From: Nostoc punctiforme PCC 73102
GTDB lineage: Bacteria > Cyanobacteriota > Cyanobacteriia > Cyanobacteriales > Nostocaceae
DNA: 32,000 nucleotides
Direction of reading: 5' to 3'
Assembly (NCBI RefSeq): GCF_000020025.1
Contig: NC_010628.1
Coordinates: forward strand, 6,780,001-6,812,000
Below are positions 1-9,195 of this stretch, in pieces (the stretch's first letter is position 1; each line of letters starts with the position of its first letter). The notes under the pieces were generated by a model that was not told the origin of the DNA, did no database searches, and saw only the letters and a list, made by a program, of their open reading frames with translations. The position numbers were made by a program, and so were the translations under genes.

Positions 1-1303
1 AAAAACCGTCAAGTTTGTGGATGAATATTGCTTATGGTATAAAAACCTGTTTTCAGATGTTAGGAATTTTGAAGCTTTCAAATATCTACATATAGGATGT
101 ATTTCCGATTTAAAACGGAAAAGTCTACCTGAAATAGCGAAAATTGTCGGGCTAGATAACTATCAAGGACTACATCATTTCTTAACTACACCATCATGGT
201 CAGTAGAACAGTTAAGAGCTTTGCGATTACAACTAATTTTAGAGGTACTAAAAGGAAGACCAATCATTTTAATTATTGATGAAACAGGAGATAAAAAGAA
301 AGGTAATACCACAGATTATGTGAAACGTCAGTACATAGGCAATTTAGGAAAAGTAGAGAATGGCGTTGTGGCAGTCACAGCTTACGGTATGTTCTGTGGA
401 ATGACATTTCCACTGCTGTTTGAAGTATACAAGCCACGAGAAAAATTAAAGCCAGGAGACAAATATCTTACTAAGCCTCAAATCGGGGCAATGCTAATAC
501 GCAAGCTACAGTTAATGGGATTCAAATTCAACTTGGTACTAGCAGATAGCTTATATGGTGAGAGTAGCACAAATTTTATACCCGTATTAGATGAATTAGA
601 TTTAAATTATCTAGTAGCAATTCGCTCAAACCATTCTGTAGCATTGCTTAAAGGTCAGTATACTCAATATTTAAACTGGCATAAGTTTAAAAGAGTATTC
701 TCTGACTTAAGTAGTGAGAATCGGTTTATTAGAGAAATAATACATGGCAAACGTAGCAATCATAGGTATTGGCAAATTACTACAGACACTCTTAACTTAC
801 CTGGAAACTCTACCTGGTATGTAATGAGTAAATACCCAGACATTACACCAAGAGAAGTTGGGAATTTCTATGGCTTTAGGACATGGGTTGAGTATGGTTT
901 AAAACAAAGTAAGAATCAGTTAGGTTGGGCAGATTATCGTTTTACTTGCTATGAAGATATTGAACGGTGGTGGGAGATTATTTGTAGCGCCTACTTAATG
1001 GTTAGTCTTCATTCAGAATCTCTGCGCCCTTATCCCCTAGATTCTCAATCAACATTTGCTTCACATCAGAGGTGGGATAATGGTAAAGGTTGGAAGAATA
1101 TTCTCAATAATCTCCGTCTCATCCTTCAACCTTTTACCCTATTTAATTTAATTCAGCCTTGGCTTTCAGTTTTTCCTATTCCTCATTTATCTTTGGGATT
1201 TGCTAAACTCCAATCTGTTGTTTATTACCTTACCTATCCTACTTTTATATCCCTGACTGACCCTGATTTCTATTTTTCCTCTGCCTAAAGTGACACAACA
1301 GGG
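1..1303 (+). mobile_element. IS701-type (IS4 superfamily) insertion sequence, partial; the left end lies outside the window and the right end is inferred at about 1300-1306
   Basis: It carries a DDE transposase ORF (17..1288). The minus-strand WD40 frame keeps its repeat pattern up to ...VSGSDD-Y (codons at 1321..1304) and then reads into unrelated sequence. This places the IS boundary about 12-18 bp past the transposase stop. Terminal inverted repeats and the target duplication cannot be checked because the left end is not in the window. Confidence 0.7.
17..1288 (+). CDS. IS701-family DDE transposase
   Basis: 423-aa ORF. It has an N-terminal HTH-like segment (SLPEIAKIVG...LHHFLTTPSWS). Candidate DDE triad contexts are IIDETGDKKKG, VLADSLYGES and WVEYGLKQSKNQLGW, arranged as in IS701/IS4-type transposases. 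The frame stays open upstream to base 2, so the true start may be outside the window. Confidence 0.85.
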   Translation: MDEYCLWYKNLFSDVRNFEAFKYLHIGCISDLKRKSLPEIAKIVGLDNYQGLHHFLTTPSWSVEQLRALRLQLILEVLKGRPIILIIDETGDKKKGNTTDYVKRQYIGNLGKVENGVVAVTAYGMFCGMTFPLLFEVYKPREKLKPGDKYLTKPQIGAMLIRKLQLMGFKFNLVLADSLYGESSTNFIPVLDELDLNYLVAIRSNHSVALLKGQYTQYLNWHKFKRVFSDLSSENRFIREIIHGKRSNHRYWQITTDTLNLPGNSTWYVMSKYPDITPREVGNFYGFRTWVEYGLKQSKNQLGWADYRFTCYEDIERWWEIICSAYLMVSLHSESLRPYPLDSQSTFASHQRWDNGKGWKNILNNLRLILQPFTLFNLIQPWLSVFPIPHLSLGFAKLQSVVYYLTYPTFISLTDPDFYFSSA

Positions 1304-1687
1304 ATAGTCATCACTTCCACTTACAACAAAATCATAAATTGGAACCACAGCAACTGCCGTTACTGGTTGAGAATGAGCATTAAAAGTTAATAATTCCTGA
1401 GATGTTCTTAAATCCCAAACTCTAATGGTGGCATCATCGCCACCGCTAATCAAACCATTTCCTTTGGGAGTAAAGCTAATAGAGCGAACAGATTTTGTAT
1501 GTTCAAATGGATAGCTCAAAAGTTGACCATTATTGAGATCCCATAATCTAATTGTATTGTCATCGCTGCCACAACCAATAATTTGGCGGCTTGGATTTAT
1601 GGATAGGGAGCGCACACCACCGAACCAACTAGAGTCACCATTGAATGTGTGTGCTGGATACCATGATTGATTCATCAGTTTCTCCAA
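1304..1687 (-). pseudogene. WD40-repeat protein gene, 3'-truncated by the IS insertion
   Basis: ORF 1187..1687 translates to consecutive WD repeats (GCGSDDNTIRLWDL, SGGDDATIRVWDL, VSGSDD...). The repeat pattern ends abruptly at about 1304, and the remaining residues (PCCVTLGRGKIEIRV...) are read-through into the IS end. Confidence 0.7.
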
Positions 1688-1768
1688 GCTTTCTGCGATT
1701 TAGACAATTGAGTTCTTTGATCAGTATTCCCAAAATTCTCAAGCTATCTAAATTTAGGAAAAATAATC

Positions 1769-2032
1769 TCAACCTGAAATGCCATACTTTTGCTGCATTT
1801 CTTGGACGAAATTTTCAATGGGGCGAGTGTTACCAGCGTTGAGTTCCTCGAAACCTTGTCCAATCCCAGCAATTGTCTCTAACTGATCGATCGGTTGGCA
1901 TAATTTCGTGGGGACAATTTTGCCAGGATCTAGAAAGGTGACGAGAACTTGGGAGCGATCGCTAATATCTTGCGGTAGCTGGGTAAGGTGAATTTGTCCA
2001 TCCTGATAAATACCTTCGATAGTTTTTATCAT
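1769..2032 (-). CDS. Antitoxin-like small protein with no adjacent toxin (N-terminal DUF104/AF2212-like segment plus a RelB/ParD-like C-terminal motif)
   Basis: 87 aa. The N-terminus MIKTIEGIYQDGQIHL...VLVTFLD resembles the short cyanobacterial antitoxin-family fold. The C-terminus GIGQGFEELNAGNTRPIENFVQEMQQKYG resembles the C-terminal motif of RelB/ParD-type antitoxins. No toxin-sized ORF follows in the 81 bp before the WD40 gene. Confidence 0.5.
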   Translation of the reverse strand: MIKTIEGIYQDGQIHLTQLPQDISDRSQVLVTFLDPGKIVPTKLCQPIDQLETIAGIGQGFEELNAGNTRPIENFVQEMQQKYGISG

Positions 2033-2115
2033 GAGTTAAAGTTGGGTTGGTATTTTCTTTAATTCTACTAACTAGACTCAAAGGGCTGGGTATAAAATTC
2101 TTTCCTGCTCAAGCG

Positions 2116-2379
2116 TCAATCATCTTTATAAACTTCTCTACGATGCCCTACTCTGACAACGGTTACTACTAAGACATCATCGTAAATATGATACAAAATC
2201 CGATAATCGCCTACTCTGATGCGATAACGATTTTCACCATTTCTTAATTTGCCGACACCATCAGGGCGAGGCTCAAGAGCTAATTGTTGAATTTTGCTTT
2301 CTAATCTTTCCTGAATATCTACGGGTAACTTTTTGATTTGTTTAGATGCACTTTTGGAAATTTCTATTTGGTAGCTCAT
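2116..2379 (-). CDS. Type II toxin, RelE/ParE family
   Basis: The sequence MSYQIEISKSASKQIKKLP...YRIRVGDYRILYHIYDDVLVVTVVRVGHRREVY is a textbook RelE/ParE-family pattern. I prefer the ATG at 2379 over the ORF-track start at 2406 because it overlaps the upstream antitoxin stop as ATGA (2379..2376), which implies translational coupling. Confidence 0.85.
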   Translation of the reverse strand: MSYQIEISKSASKQIKKLPVDIQERLESKIQQLALEPRPDGVGKLRNGENRYRIRVGDYRILYHIYDDVLVVTVVRVGHRREVYKDD

Positions 2380-2588
2380 GCAGTTTTTTGCTGATGTTCT
2401 GACCAAGTTAAAGTGCCATTTTCTGCTATATCTTTTAATCCCTCTTCAAAGTCTCTTTCGTCGGACTCGTCTTCCTGTTTACGGATTTTCAACAGTGATA
2501 AAATCTCTTGCAATGTATCGTCATAAGCCAGTTCTATTTGTTCATTAATAGCCTTGATTAACGCTTGCCTTTTAGTTGTAGTTTCCAT
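2376..2588 (-). CDS. Putative cognate antitoxin of the RelE/ParE toxin
   Basis: 70-aa acidic ORF immediately upstream of the toxin, with a 4-bp ATGA overlap. The C-terminal EEGLKDIAENGTLTW motif resembles RelB/ParD-type antitoxins. The assignment rests mostly on position and size. Confidence 0.6.
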   Translation of the reverse strand: METTTKRQALIKAINEQIELAYDDTLQEILSLLKIRKQEDESDERDFEEGLKDIAENGTLTWSEHQQKTA

Positions 2589-2708
2589 GTTTCCACTTTT
2601 TTCAACTGCTCGTCATTGTCTATGCTTTGAACACCTTATTTTACTCTAAACTACTTCTCAGTAAGTCTGAGATATGTTTTCACTTGATGACTAATCTTTT
2701 TCTACCGA

Positions 2709-5700
2709 TCAAACAACAGCTGCCTCTGGAATCGCACCCTGCATTCTCCCAAAAGCATCAATCAAATTCTGCAATTGTTGATCTGCTTTAAAAACTCCTA
2801 ACCCGCGCACTGTGACTTTACCTGGAGAATACACAAAGCGCGTCTTGAGATTGTCTGGTAAATTCGCCGCCAATAAATTCCAAGCGGGTTCCTCCATCGG
2901 CGTTTCTAAAACTACGTGCTGCTTTTGTTCTGGTTTAATCCGGCTAAATCCGAGTTTTTTCGCTAGCTGTTTGAGTTCCATAACTCGCAAAAGTTGATTT
3001 GCAGAGACTGGTAAAGTACCATAGCGATCGCTCCACTCGGCTGCAATCTGATTTAATTCTGATTTAGATTTAGCTGTTGCCACCGCCCGATAAGCACTCA
3101 TCTTTTGATCCAAATCAGTAATATAATCTGCTGGGATAAACGCCGTGAGGTTAAGGTCAATCTGCGTATCTTCCACTTTCGGAATTTCTTGTCCTCGGAT
3201 TTCCCGAATTGCTTCTTCCAGCATTTCCATGTATAAATCAAAGCCGATGGCATCCATTTGACCGGATTGTTCTGCACCTAGCAAGTTACCCACGCCTCTG
3301 ATTTCCATATCGCGCATTGCTAGCTGATATCCAGAACCTAGCTGAGTAAATTCTTGAATTGCTCGTAATCGTTGCCGTGCCGCATCAGATAATTGCCGTT
3401 GCTTGGGATAAAATAACCAAGCATGAGCTTGTATCCCTGCACGTCCCACACGACCGCGTAATTGATACAGTTGTGCCAATCCAAAGCGGTGAGCATCTTC
3501 AATTAAAATGGTGTTGACTCGTGGAATATCTAAGCCAGATTCAATAATTGTCGTACAAACGAGGATGTCTGCGTCGCCATTACTGAAAGTGAGCATGGTT
3601 GATTCTAACTCGCTTTCATCCATTTGACCGTGAGCGATCGCAAATCTAGCTCCCGGTATCACTTCTCGTAAATTGGCTGTGGTTTCTTCAATCCCGTCCA
3701 CTCGCGGAACTACATAAAAAACCTGTCCACCTCTATCTAATTCTTGACGAATTGCACTGCGGATACTTTCAGAATTTATCGGTGACAGATGGGTTTTAAT
3801 CGCTCGTCTGGTTGGAGGTGGTGTAGTAATTAAACTCATTTCCCGAATTCCCGACAAGGACATATACAAAGTCCGGGGAATGGGAGTAGCGGAGAGTGTA
3901 AGCACGTCCACTTGAGTTTTTAGGCTTTTAATTTTTTCTTTCTGGTTTACCCCAAACCTCTGTTCTTCATCCACCACCAACAGTCCTAAATCCCGGAACA
4001 TCACGCCTTTACCCAAAAGTTGCTGTGTACCAACAACTACATCTAGTTCACCCGTTGCCAATCGCTTTTGAATATCGCGGCGCTCTTCAGCCGAACGAAA
4101 ACGGTTGAGCAAACCGACATTTACCGGGTAAGGTGCAAAACGTTCTTTGAGTGTATGGTAATGCTGCTGTGTTAAAATTGTCGTTGGCGCAAGGAGTGCC
4201 ACTTGTTTCCCGGCGGTGACTGCTTTAAAAACAGCACGAATCGCCACTTCCGTCTTTCCAAAACCGACATCGCCACAAACTAAGCGATCCATTGGGCGAT
4301 CGCTTTCCATGTCGCGTTTGACATCTTGTACAGCTTTGAGTTGATCCGTTGTGGGTTGGTAAGGGAAAGAATCCTCTAGTTCTTCCTGCCAAGGCATATC
4401 ACTTGGAAAGCTAAAACCTTGTTGTTGCGATCGCGCTGCATACAGTTTCAACAAGTCCACCGCCAATTTTTTGATGGCTTTGCGAACTTTATTCTTGGTA
4501 TTTTCCCAAGCTTTACCGGTCATCCTGTTGAGTTCCGGTGCTTTATCACCTCCGGCGCGGAACCGGGATAAAGCACCCACTTGATCGGCGGCAACTCTTA
4601 ATAACCCATCGGCATACTGCACCACTAAATAATCACGGGTTTCGTCATTAATCGTCAAACTTTCCAGTTTGACAAATTTGCCAACACCATGATTTCTGTG
4701 AACTACATAATCACCTGGACGCAGCTTATTAGGATCAACTTGCTTGGAAGTAGCTTTGTGGCGCTTGCGGATATAGCCGGGAGTCGCCAAAGAATGCTGT
4801 CCAAAAAATTCCCGATCTGTAACGATTACTATTCGGTATGTCGGCAGAATAAAACCTTCGAGTTCCGCAAGACCAGAATATTTTAGGGCTATGGGAGTAT
4901 GGTTAATTTGCAGCTTATCTATCGCTTGGTAGTCGCGGGGATTGGGGATAAACTGAGCCGGACAATCATGTTCTTGCAATAGCGAGACAGAACGCGAAGG
5001 TTGAGCAGAAAGTAGCCAGATCGAGAAATTGCGATCGCGTTCTTGACGGATAGTTTCAGCTAGTTTAGCAAACTGGTGTGGCGTAACTGGAAGCGATCGG
5101 CTAGCAAGATTGATCCCACTATTTTCCTCTGACAGTTCCGATAAATATAGTGTTTTAAATTTGGCAATGTCAGCCAGACAGTCATCAAATGACCGATGAA
5201 TTTTCGGTACTTGGCTAGACTCTTCTGCAGCCCCCAGTCTCCATTGTTCCTCAGCATTTTCGACCCAGCGATTGCTATGAGCATGACACTGTTCTGGCTC
5301 ATCAATAGCAATCAGAGTATTTTTTGATAGGTAATTTAGCAGAGATGCTGGTTGCTCAAAAGCCAACCCCAAAAAGCGACGACTACCCTCCAACAATGAT
5401 GAGTTTTCAGTGCTGAGTTCTGAGTCAGGATTTAACTCAGGACTCAGCACTCGGAACTCAGCACTCTTGTTGAGTGCCGCCATGACGATGGGAGCAAAGC
5501 TAGTGGGGGTAAGAATTAACTGGTCAACTTTATCGAGTGCAGAACGTTGGGTTGCTGGGTCAAATTCCCGCATTTGCTCAATTTCATCGCCAAACCATTC
5601 CAACCTGACTGGAAACTCAGATGAAACTGGGAAAACATCAACAATATCACCCCTTCGGCTCCATTGTCCTTCCGTTTCCACCAGAGGTACTCGTTCATAC

Positions 5701-6221
5701 CCCAGAATAGTTATTTTCTCACTGAAGGCATTTAGGTCTAATTCCATCCCCCGCTTCAGGGTAAGACAGAATTGCCCAAAAGCTTCTGGTGGAGGCAAAT
5801 GTGGTTGCAACGCCCCTTGAGTAGCCACAATTGCCATCTTGGGTAATTGTGAATTGGATGGGATCTGGTTTTCTTCCCCATTCCCCATTACCAAATCTGC
5901 CAATACCTGCATTTGTCCCCAACTCATCTCAGTTTCCGGGTCAAAAGGTTCGTAGGGAGAAGCCTCGGAGGTGGGGTAAAAATGTACTGTTTGCCATCCC
6001 ATTGCCTCCAGTTGTGCATAAACACGTCCAGCTTCTTCCAGAGTGGCGCAAACCACAAATAAATCCTTACCCTGAGCTTGCGCCAATGCCGAAGCGACCA
6101 AACCCTTGGGCAATCGAGAAATGCCATTTAACCGCAATTCTTGTTGTCGGTTTAGCTTAGAAATAAATTCAGTGGTGAGCGGCGATCGCGCTAAGGCACG
6201 CACAATAGAAGAAAATGACAT
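2709..6221 (-). CDS. mfd: Transcription-repair coupling factor Mfd
   Basis: 1170 aa. It has a UvrB-homology N-terminal module and an RNAP-interacting domain region ([14 protein letters not shown]). The superfamily-2 translocase motifs are present: [11 protein letters not shown] (Walker A), VVDEEQRFG (DEEQ box), [23 protein letters not shown]-terminal TRCF/D7 region is also present. Confidence 0.97.
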   Translation of the reverse strand: MSFSSIVRALARSPLTTEFISKLNRQQELRLNGISRLPKGLVASALAQAQGKDLFVVCATLEEAGRVYAQLEAMGWQTVHFYPTSEASPYEPFDPETEMSWGQMQVLADLVMGNGEENQIPSNSQLPKMAIVATQGALQPHLPPPEAFGQFCLTLKRGMELDLNAFSEKITILGYERVPLVETEGQWSRRGDIVDVFPVSSEFPVRLEWFGDEIEQMREFDPATQRSALDKVDQLILTPTSFAPIVMAALNKSAEFRVLSPELNPDSELSTENSSLLEGSRRFLGLAFEQPASLLNYLSKNTLIAIDEPEQCHAHSNRWVENAEEQWRLGAAEESSQVPKIHRSFDDCLADIAKFKTLYLSELSEENSGINLASRSLPVTPHQFAKLAETIRQERDRNFSIWLLSAQPSRSVSLLQEHDCPAQFIPNPRDYQAIDKLQINHTPIALKYSGLAELEGFILPTYRIVIVTDREFFGQHSLATPGYIRKRHKATSKQVDPNKLRPGDYVVHRNHGVGKFVKLESLTINDETRDYLVVQYADGLLRVAADQVGALSRFRAGGDKAPELNRMTGKAWENTKNKVRKAIKKLAVDLLKLYAARSQQQGFSFPSDMPWQEELEDSFPYQPTTDQLKAVQDVKRDMESDRPMDRLVCGDVGFGKTEVAIRAVFKAVTAGKQVALLAPTTILTQQHYHTLKERFAPYPVNVGLLNRFRSAEERRDIQKRLATGELDVVVGTQQLLGKGVMFRDLGLLVVDEEQRFGVNQKEKIKSLKTQVDVLTLSATPIPRTLYMSLSGIREMSLITTPPPTRRAIKTHLSPINSESIRSAIRQELDRGGQVFYVVPRVDGIEETTANLREVIPGARFAIAHGQMDESELESTMLTFSNGDADILVCTTIIESGLDIPRVNTILIEDAHRFGLAQLYQLRGRVGRAGIQAHAWLFYPKQRQLSDAARQRLRAIQEFTQLGSGYQLAMRDMEIRGVGNLLGAEQSGQMDAIGFDLYMEMLEEAIREIRGQEIPKVEDTQIDLNLTAFIPADYITDLDQKMSAYRAVATAKSKSELNQIAAEWSDRYGTLPVSANQLLRVMELKQLAKKLGFSRIKPEQKQHVVLETPMEEPAWNLLAANLPDNLKTRFVYSPGKVTVRGLGVFKADQQLQNLIDAFGRMQGAIPEAAVV
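5409..5465. repeat. Imperfect palindrome with an internal direct repeat, embedded in the mfd coding sequence
   Basis: AGTGCTGAGTTCTGAGTC (5409-5426) is the exact reverse complement of GACTCAG (5441-5447) plus AACTCAGCACT (5455-5465), interrupted by the 7-nt CACTCGG. ACTCAGCACT occurs twice (5442-5451, 5456-5465). The segment encodes the low-complexity Mfd stretch [20 protein letters not shown]. Confidence 0.6.
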
Positions 6222-6461
6222 AAGTACAACTAGCGGTGGGAGTCTTTGTGAGTCAGAAAATCTTGAGGCAGTTTATGTCAACTATTTTAAAAGTGTTGAC
6301 AGCCTTCTTATTCTTTCGGTGGAAGAATAATGCACAGCAACTAATAGACTTAAGAACTATAACTATTACTTTGTGTACAGTAAAAGCATTTATAGAAGCA
6401 CCTTTAATACTAGATACTAGGTATTGAGCTACATTCGCTCTGAGAAGCGGCAATTTTAAAC

Positions 6462-7790
6462 ATGTCCCCCATTACTTTTGAAATTTTAATCATTTTGGTG
6501 CTAATTATTGCCAATGGCGTGTTTTCTATGTCTGAGATGGCGATTGTCTCAGCCAGGAAAGTCAGGCTACAACAGCTTGCCAATCAAGGAGATGCCAAGG
6601 CAAGGGCAGCATTGAAACTCGCTGAGTCTCCAAATCATTTCCTGTCAACCGTTCAAGTAGGGATTTCCCTAATCGGTATCCTGACTGGTGCTTTTGGAGG
6701 AGCAACAATTGCCAACCGACTGGCAGTCTATGTAAAGCTTGTGCCTTTGTTAGCACCTTATAGCGAACCGATATCTTTTGGAATAGTGGTTTTGATCATT
6801 ACCTACTTGTCACTGATTGTTGGCGAATTGGTACCAAAGCGTCTGGCATTAAATAATCCAGAAAGGATTGCATCGATTGTAGCTATTCCGATGCAAGCCT
6901 TGGCAGCGATCGCTTCTCCAGTAGTCTATCTCTTAAGCACTTCTACAGATTTAATTCTGAGAATGCTGGGAATAACAGCTTCTACCGAGCCGCAAGTCAC
7001 CGAAGAAGAAATTAAAATCTTAATTGAGCAAGGCACCGAGGCCGGAACTTTTGAGGAAGCTGAACAGGATATGGTGGAGCGAGTTTTTCGTTTAGGCGAT
7101 CGCCCCGTCAGCTACCTAATGACACCCCGTCCCGATATCGTCTGGTTAGATTTAGAAGACACTGCCGAAGAAAATCGCCAAAAAATGGTTGATAGTGCCT
7201 ATTCTCGTTATCCAGTTTGTCAGGCGGGACTTGACAACGTGCTGGGTGTAATACCTGTCACCGACTTATTAGCCAGGAGTTTCCGAGGAGAACCGCTAGA
7301 CTTAACAGTGGGATTGCGACAGCCCGTATTCGTGCCAGAAAGCACCCGTGGATTGAAAGTTTTGGAATTGTTCAAGCAAACCATTACTCACATGGCACTA
7401 GTAGTGGATGAATACGGCGTAATTCAGGGATTAGTTACTCTCAACGACATCATGAGCGAAATCGTAGGTGATGTTCCCTCAACAGATGGGCAGGATCAAC
7501 CCCAAGCTGTGCAACGAGAAGATGGTTCCTGGCTTTTGGATGGGATGTTGCCTGTAGAAGAGTTTTTAGAACTTTTTGGTATGGAAGAGTGGGAATCCGA
7601 GGAACGCGGCAGTTATCAAACCTTGGGCGGTTTTGTGATCACCCATTTAGGTCGTATTCCTGCCGCAGCAGATCATTTTGAATGGCAAAGTATGCGAATT
7701 GAAGTGATGGATATGGATGGGAACCGCGTTGACAAAGTGCTAGTCGTACCGAAAGCAACTAAATCAGCAGATACGAAAAAATCTGACTAG
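6462..7790 (+). CDS. Hemolysin-family/CNNM-type membrane protein (DUF21 transmembrane domain, CBS pair, CorC_HlyC C-terminal domain)
   Basis: 442 aa. The N-terminal hydrophobic DUF21-like region contains GELVPKRLA. It is followed by EEEIKILIEQGTEAGTFEEAEQDMVERVFRLGDR and a CBS pair. The C-terminal transporter-associated domain contains GGFVITHLGRIP...VMDMDGNRVDKVLV. Confidence 0.9.
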   Translation: MSPITFEILIILVLIIANGVFSMSEMAIVSARKVRLQQLANQGDAKARAALKLAESPNHFLSTVQVGISLIGILTGAFGGATIANRLAVYVKLVPLLAPYSEPISFGIVVLIITYLSLIVGELVPKRLALNNPERIASIVAIPMQALAAIASPVVYLLSTSTDLILRMLGITASTEPQVTEEEIKILIEQGTEAGTFEEAEQDMVERVFRLGDRPVSYLMTPRPDIVWLDLEDTAEENRQKMVDSAYSRYPVCQAGLDNVLGVIPVTDLLARSFRGEPLDLTVGLRQPVFVPESTRGLKVLELFKQTITHMALVVDEYGVIQGLVTLNDIMSEIVGDVPSTDGQDQPQAVQREDGSWLLDGMLPVEEFLELFGMEEWESEERGSYQTLGGFVITHLGRIPAAADHFEWQSMRIEVMDMDGNRVDKVLVVPKATKSADTKKSD

Positions 7791-7800
7791 CGATCGTTGA

Positions 7801-7842
7801 GGAGTTAGGAGTTATTTATTGCCCAATTCCCAATTCCCAATT
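7801..7842 (+). terminator. STRR-like heptamer tandem repeats forming a plus-strand-biased hairpin after the CNNM-type gene
   Basis: GGAGTTA occurs twice (7801-7814) and CCCAATT three times (7822-7842). 7801-7813 can pair with 7825-7837 over 12 bp with one mismatch. Two of the pairs are G-U, and these would be C-A mismatches on the opposite strand. The hairpin starts 11 nt after the stop at 7790 and is followed by a moderately U-rich tail. Confidence 0.4.
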
Positions 7843-7844
7843 CA

Positions 7845-9026
7845 TTAAGTTTTAGATAGACGTTTGACCGCTTCACCTGCCAACATTTGATGCGCTTGCT
7901 CCAGAAATTGGGGGATTTTATCGGCATAGGGATTGCGGGCAAGACATTGCTGCAAGTTTAATTCGTCTAACCGATCGGCTTTATTACCAGGAAACCAGTG
8001 ACCGCCATTACCAAGCAGGTTATAGCGCATTTTGGCATAATCTACCAAATGGTAGGCGATCGCTAAATTCCGCAGCCATAAAATCACCCGAATGTTGACC
8101 TCACCAGGGGTTTGGTCAAAGGTTGGTAGATTTGTTTCCCAGGATTTTACCCAATCTTCTCCCAAAGTAGCGATCGCTTCTTCTTCCAACCTTGCTAAAA
8201 TTGGCGGCAAAATTTCTGATGCTCGATCTACTAATTCTAAAGTCTTCAGATGTTCGTCAAAATCTTGTGGTTTTGCTGCTCCCACACTCAGAGTATGCAC
8301 CTCTTGATGACTCAAACAAAACAAATCATTAAACACCATTGGACTCAAAGGAGCGCAAAGATTCACTAATTTTTGCGGAGGTTCATACAACAAACCTCCT
8401 TTATTAGATGGACTAATGATAAACACCCCCATATCGTGGCGTTTAGCTGCTTCAATTGCCGCCCAATTCCATTGATTGATGTAGTACCAGTGCAGGTTCA
8501 CGTAATCAAATAGATTGGTATTAATTGTCTGCACAATTGTATCTGTTGATCCGTGTGTGGAAAAGCCAATAAATCTAACTTTTCCTTCTGCTTGCAACTG
8601 CTGTGCTACTTCCAAACAACCACCGGGACGGATGCTATAGTCTAATGACTCAGCATGGTTAATACCGTGCAATCCCAGTAGATCGACATAATCTAGCTGG
8701 AGATTTTTCAATGATTGTTCAAATGTCTCGCGGAATTCTTTCGCATCTTCCTGCGGGCTGATTTTGGTCTGAACAATCAACTTTTCACGGGGAAACTGGG
8801 GTAGAACTCTTCCCAATTGCATTTCGGAAGTGCCATAACCACGAGCAGTTTCAATATGATTAATCCCAACCTCGACTGACCTTCTAATCGTCGCTTCCAG
8901 ATTCGCCTGGCTATCAGCAGGAATCTCATTATTGGGGACATCCTGCCACTTAAACTGATATCTCATGCCACCGCAGGAAAACACTGGCATCTGTAATTCT
9001 GTGCGTCCAAATCGTCTATATAGCAT
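7845..9026 (-). CDS. Aldo/keto reductase family oxidoreductase
   Basis: 393 aa. It has an AKR-type N-terminus (MLYRRFGRTELQMPVFSCGGMRY), INHIETARGYGTSE, and YVDLLGLHGIN and FIGFSTHG segments typical of the long cyanobacterial AKR subfamily. Confidence 0.85.
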   Translation of the reverse strand: MLYRRFGRTELQMPVFSCGGMRYQFKWQDVPNNEIPADSQANLEATIRRSVEVGINHIETARGYGTSEMQLGRVLPQFPREKLIVQTKISPQEDAKEFRETFEQSLKNLQLDYVDLLGLHGINHAESLDYSIRPGGCLEVAQQLQAEGKVRFIGFSTHGSTDTIVQTINTNLFDYVNLHWYYINQWNWAAIEAAKRHDMGVFIISPSNKGGLLYEPPQKLVNLCAPLSPMVFNDLFCLSHQEVHTLSVGAAKPQDFDEHLKTLELVDRASEILPPILARLEEEAIATLGEDWVKSWETNLPTFDQTPGEVNIRVILWLRNLAIAYHLVDYAKMRYNLLGNGGHWFPGNKADRLDELNLQQCLARNPYADKIPQFLEQAHQMLAGEAVKRLSKT

Positions 9027-9068
9027 CAGTAGATTGTGGATTGCTTACCAATATAATTGAAGGAGGCA

Positions 9069-9195
9069 GAAGGCAGAAGGAGCAATTCACTTATGGGATT
9101 CGACCCCGGATGAATTGAAGCCACTGAACTTTCGTACCCTGCGGGAAGCTGACGCAACAGTGTTCTTGTCTTAAACCCTTGCTCCTCCTGCCTTC
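9069..9195 (-). other. Long-stem inverted repeat enclosing about 93 nt, upstream of the reductase gene (candidate structured 5'-UTR RNA or MITE-like element)
   Basis: GAAGGCAGAAGGAGCAA (9069-9085) pairs with TTGCTCCTCCTGCCTTC (9179-9195) over 17 positions. The single non-Watson-Crick position (9077/9187) is A-C on the plus strand but G-U on the minus strand. The left arm contains the tandem heptamer GGCAGAA twice. The ORF-track ORF 9026..9217 overlaps it and is unlikely to be coding. Confidence 0.4.

Noticed and set aside
2812-6160. ORF-track ORFs overlapping mfd (2812..2997, 4689..4886, 5060..5311, 5410..5820, 5516..5698, 5719..5922, 5831..6160, 5924..6127)
   Set aside because: All lie antisense to or out of frame with a 1170-aa gene that has unmistakable Mfd motifs. 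Their translations are low-complexity or Ser/Arg/Leu-rich shadow frames with no recognisable motifs.
6106-6453. Small ORFs in the mfd / CNNM-type divergent intergenic region (6106..6330, 6236..6427, 6253..6453)
   Set aside because: They overlap one another on both strands in a short promoter region, have no Shine-Dalgarno context and no recognisable motifs, so they are most likely chance ORFs.
9095-9107. tRNA T-arm-like sequence GGGATTCGACCCC
   Set aside because: No acceptor stem, anticodon arm or D-arm can be built around it on either strand, and the loop is one base off the canonical GTTCGAATC, so it is not a tRNA or tmRNA.
9120-9126. GCCACTG, reminiscent of the cobalamin-riboswitch B12 box
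   Set aside because: It is on the plus strand, where no downstream gene could be regulated, and the other conserved cobalamin-riboswitch segments are absent.
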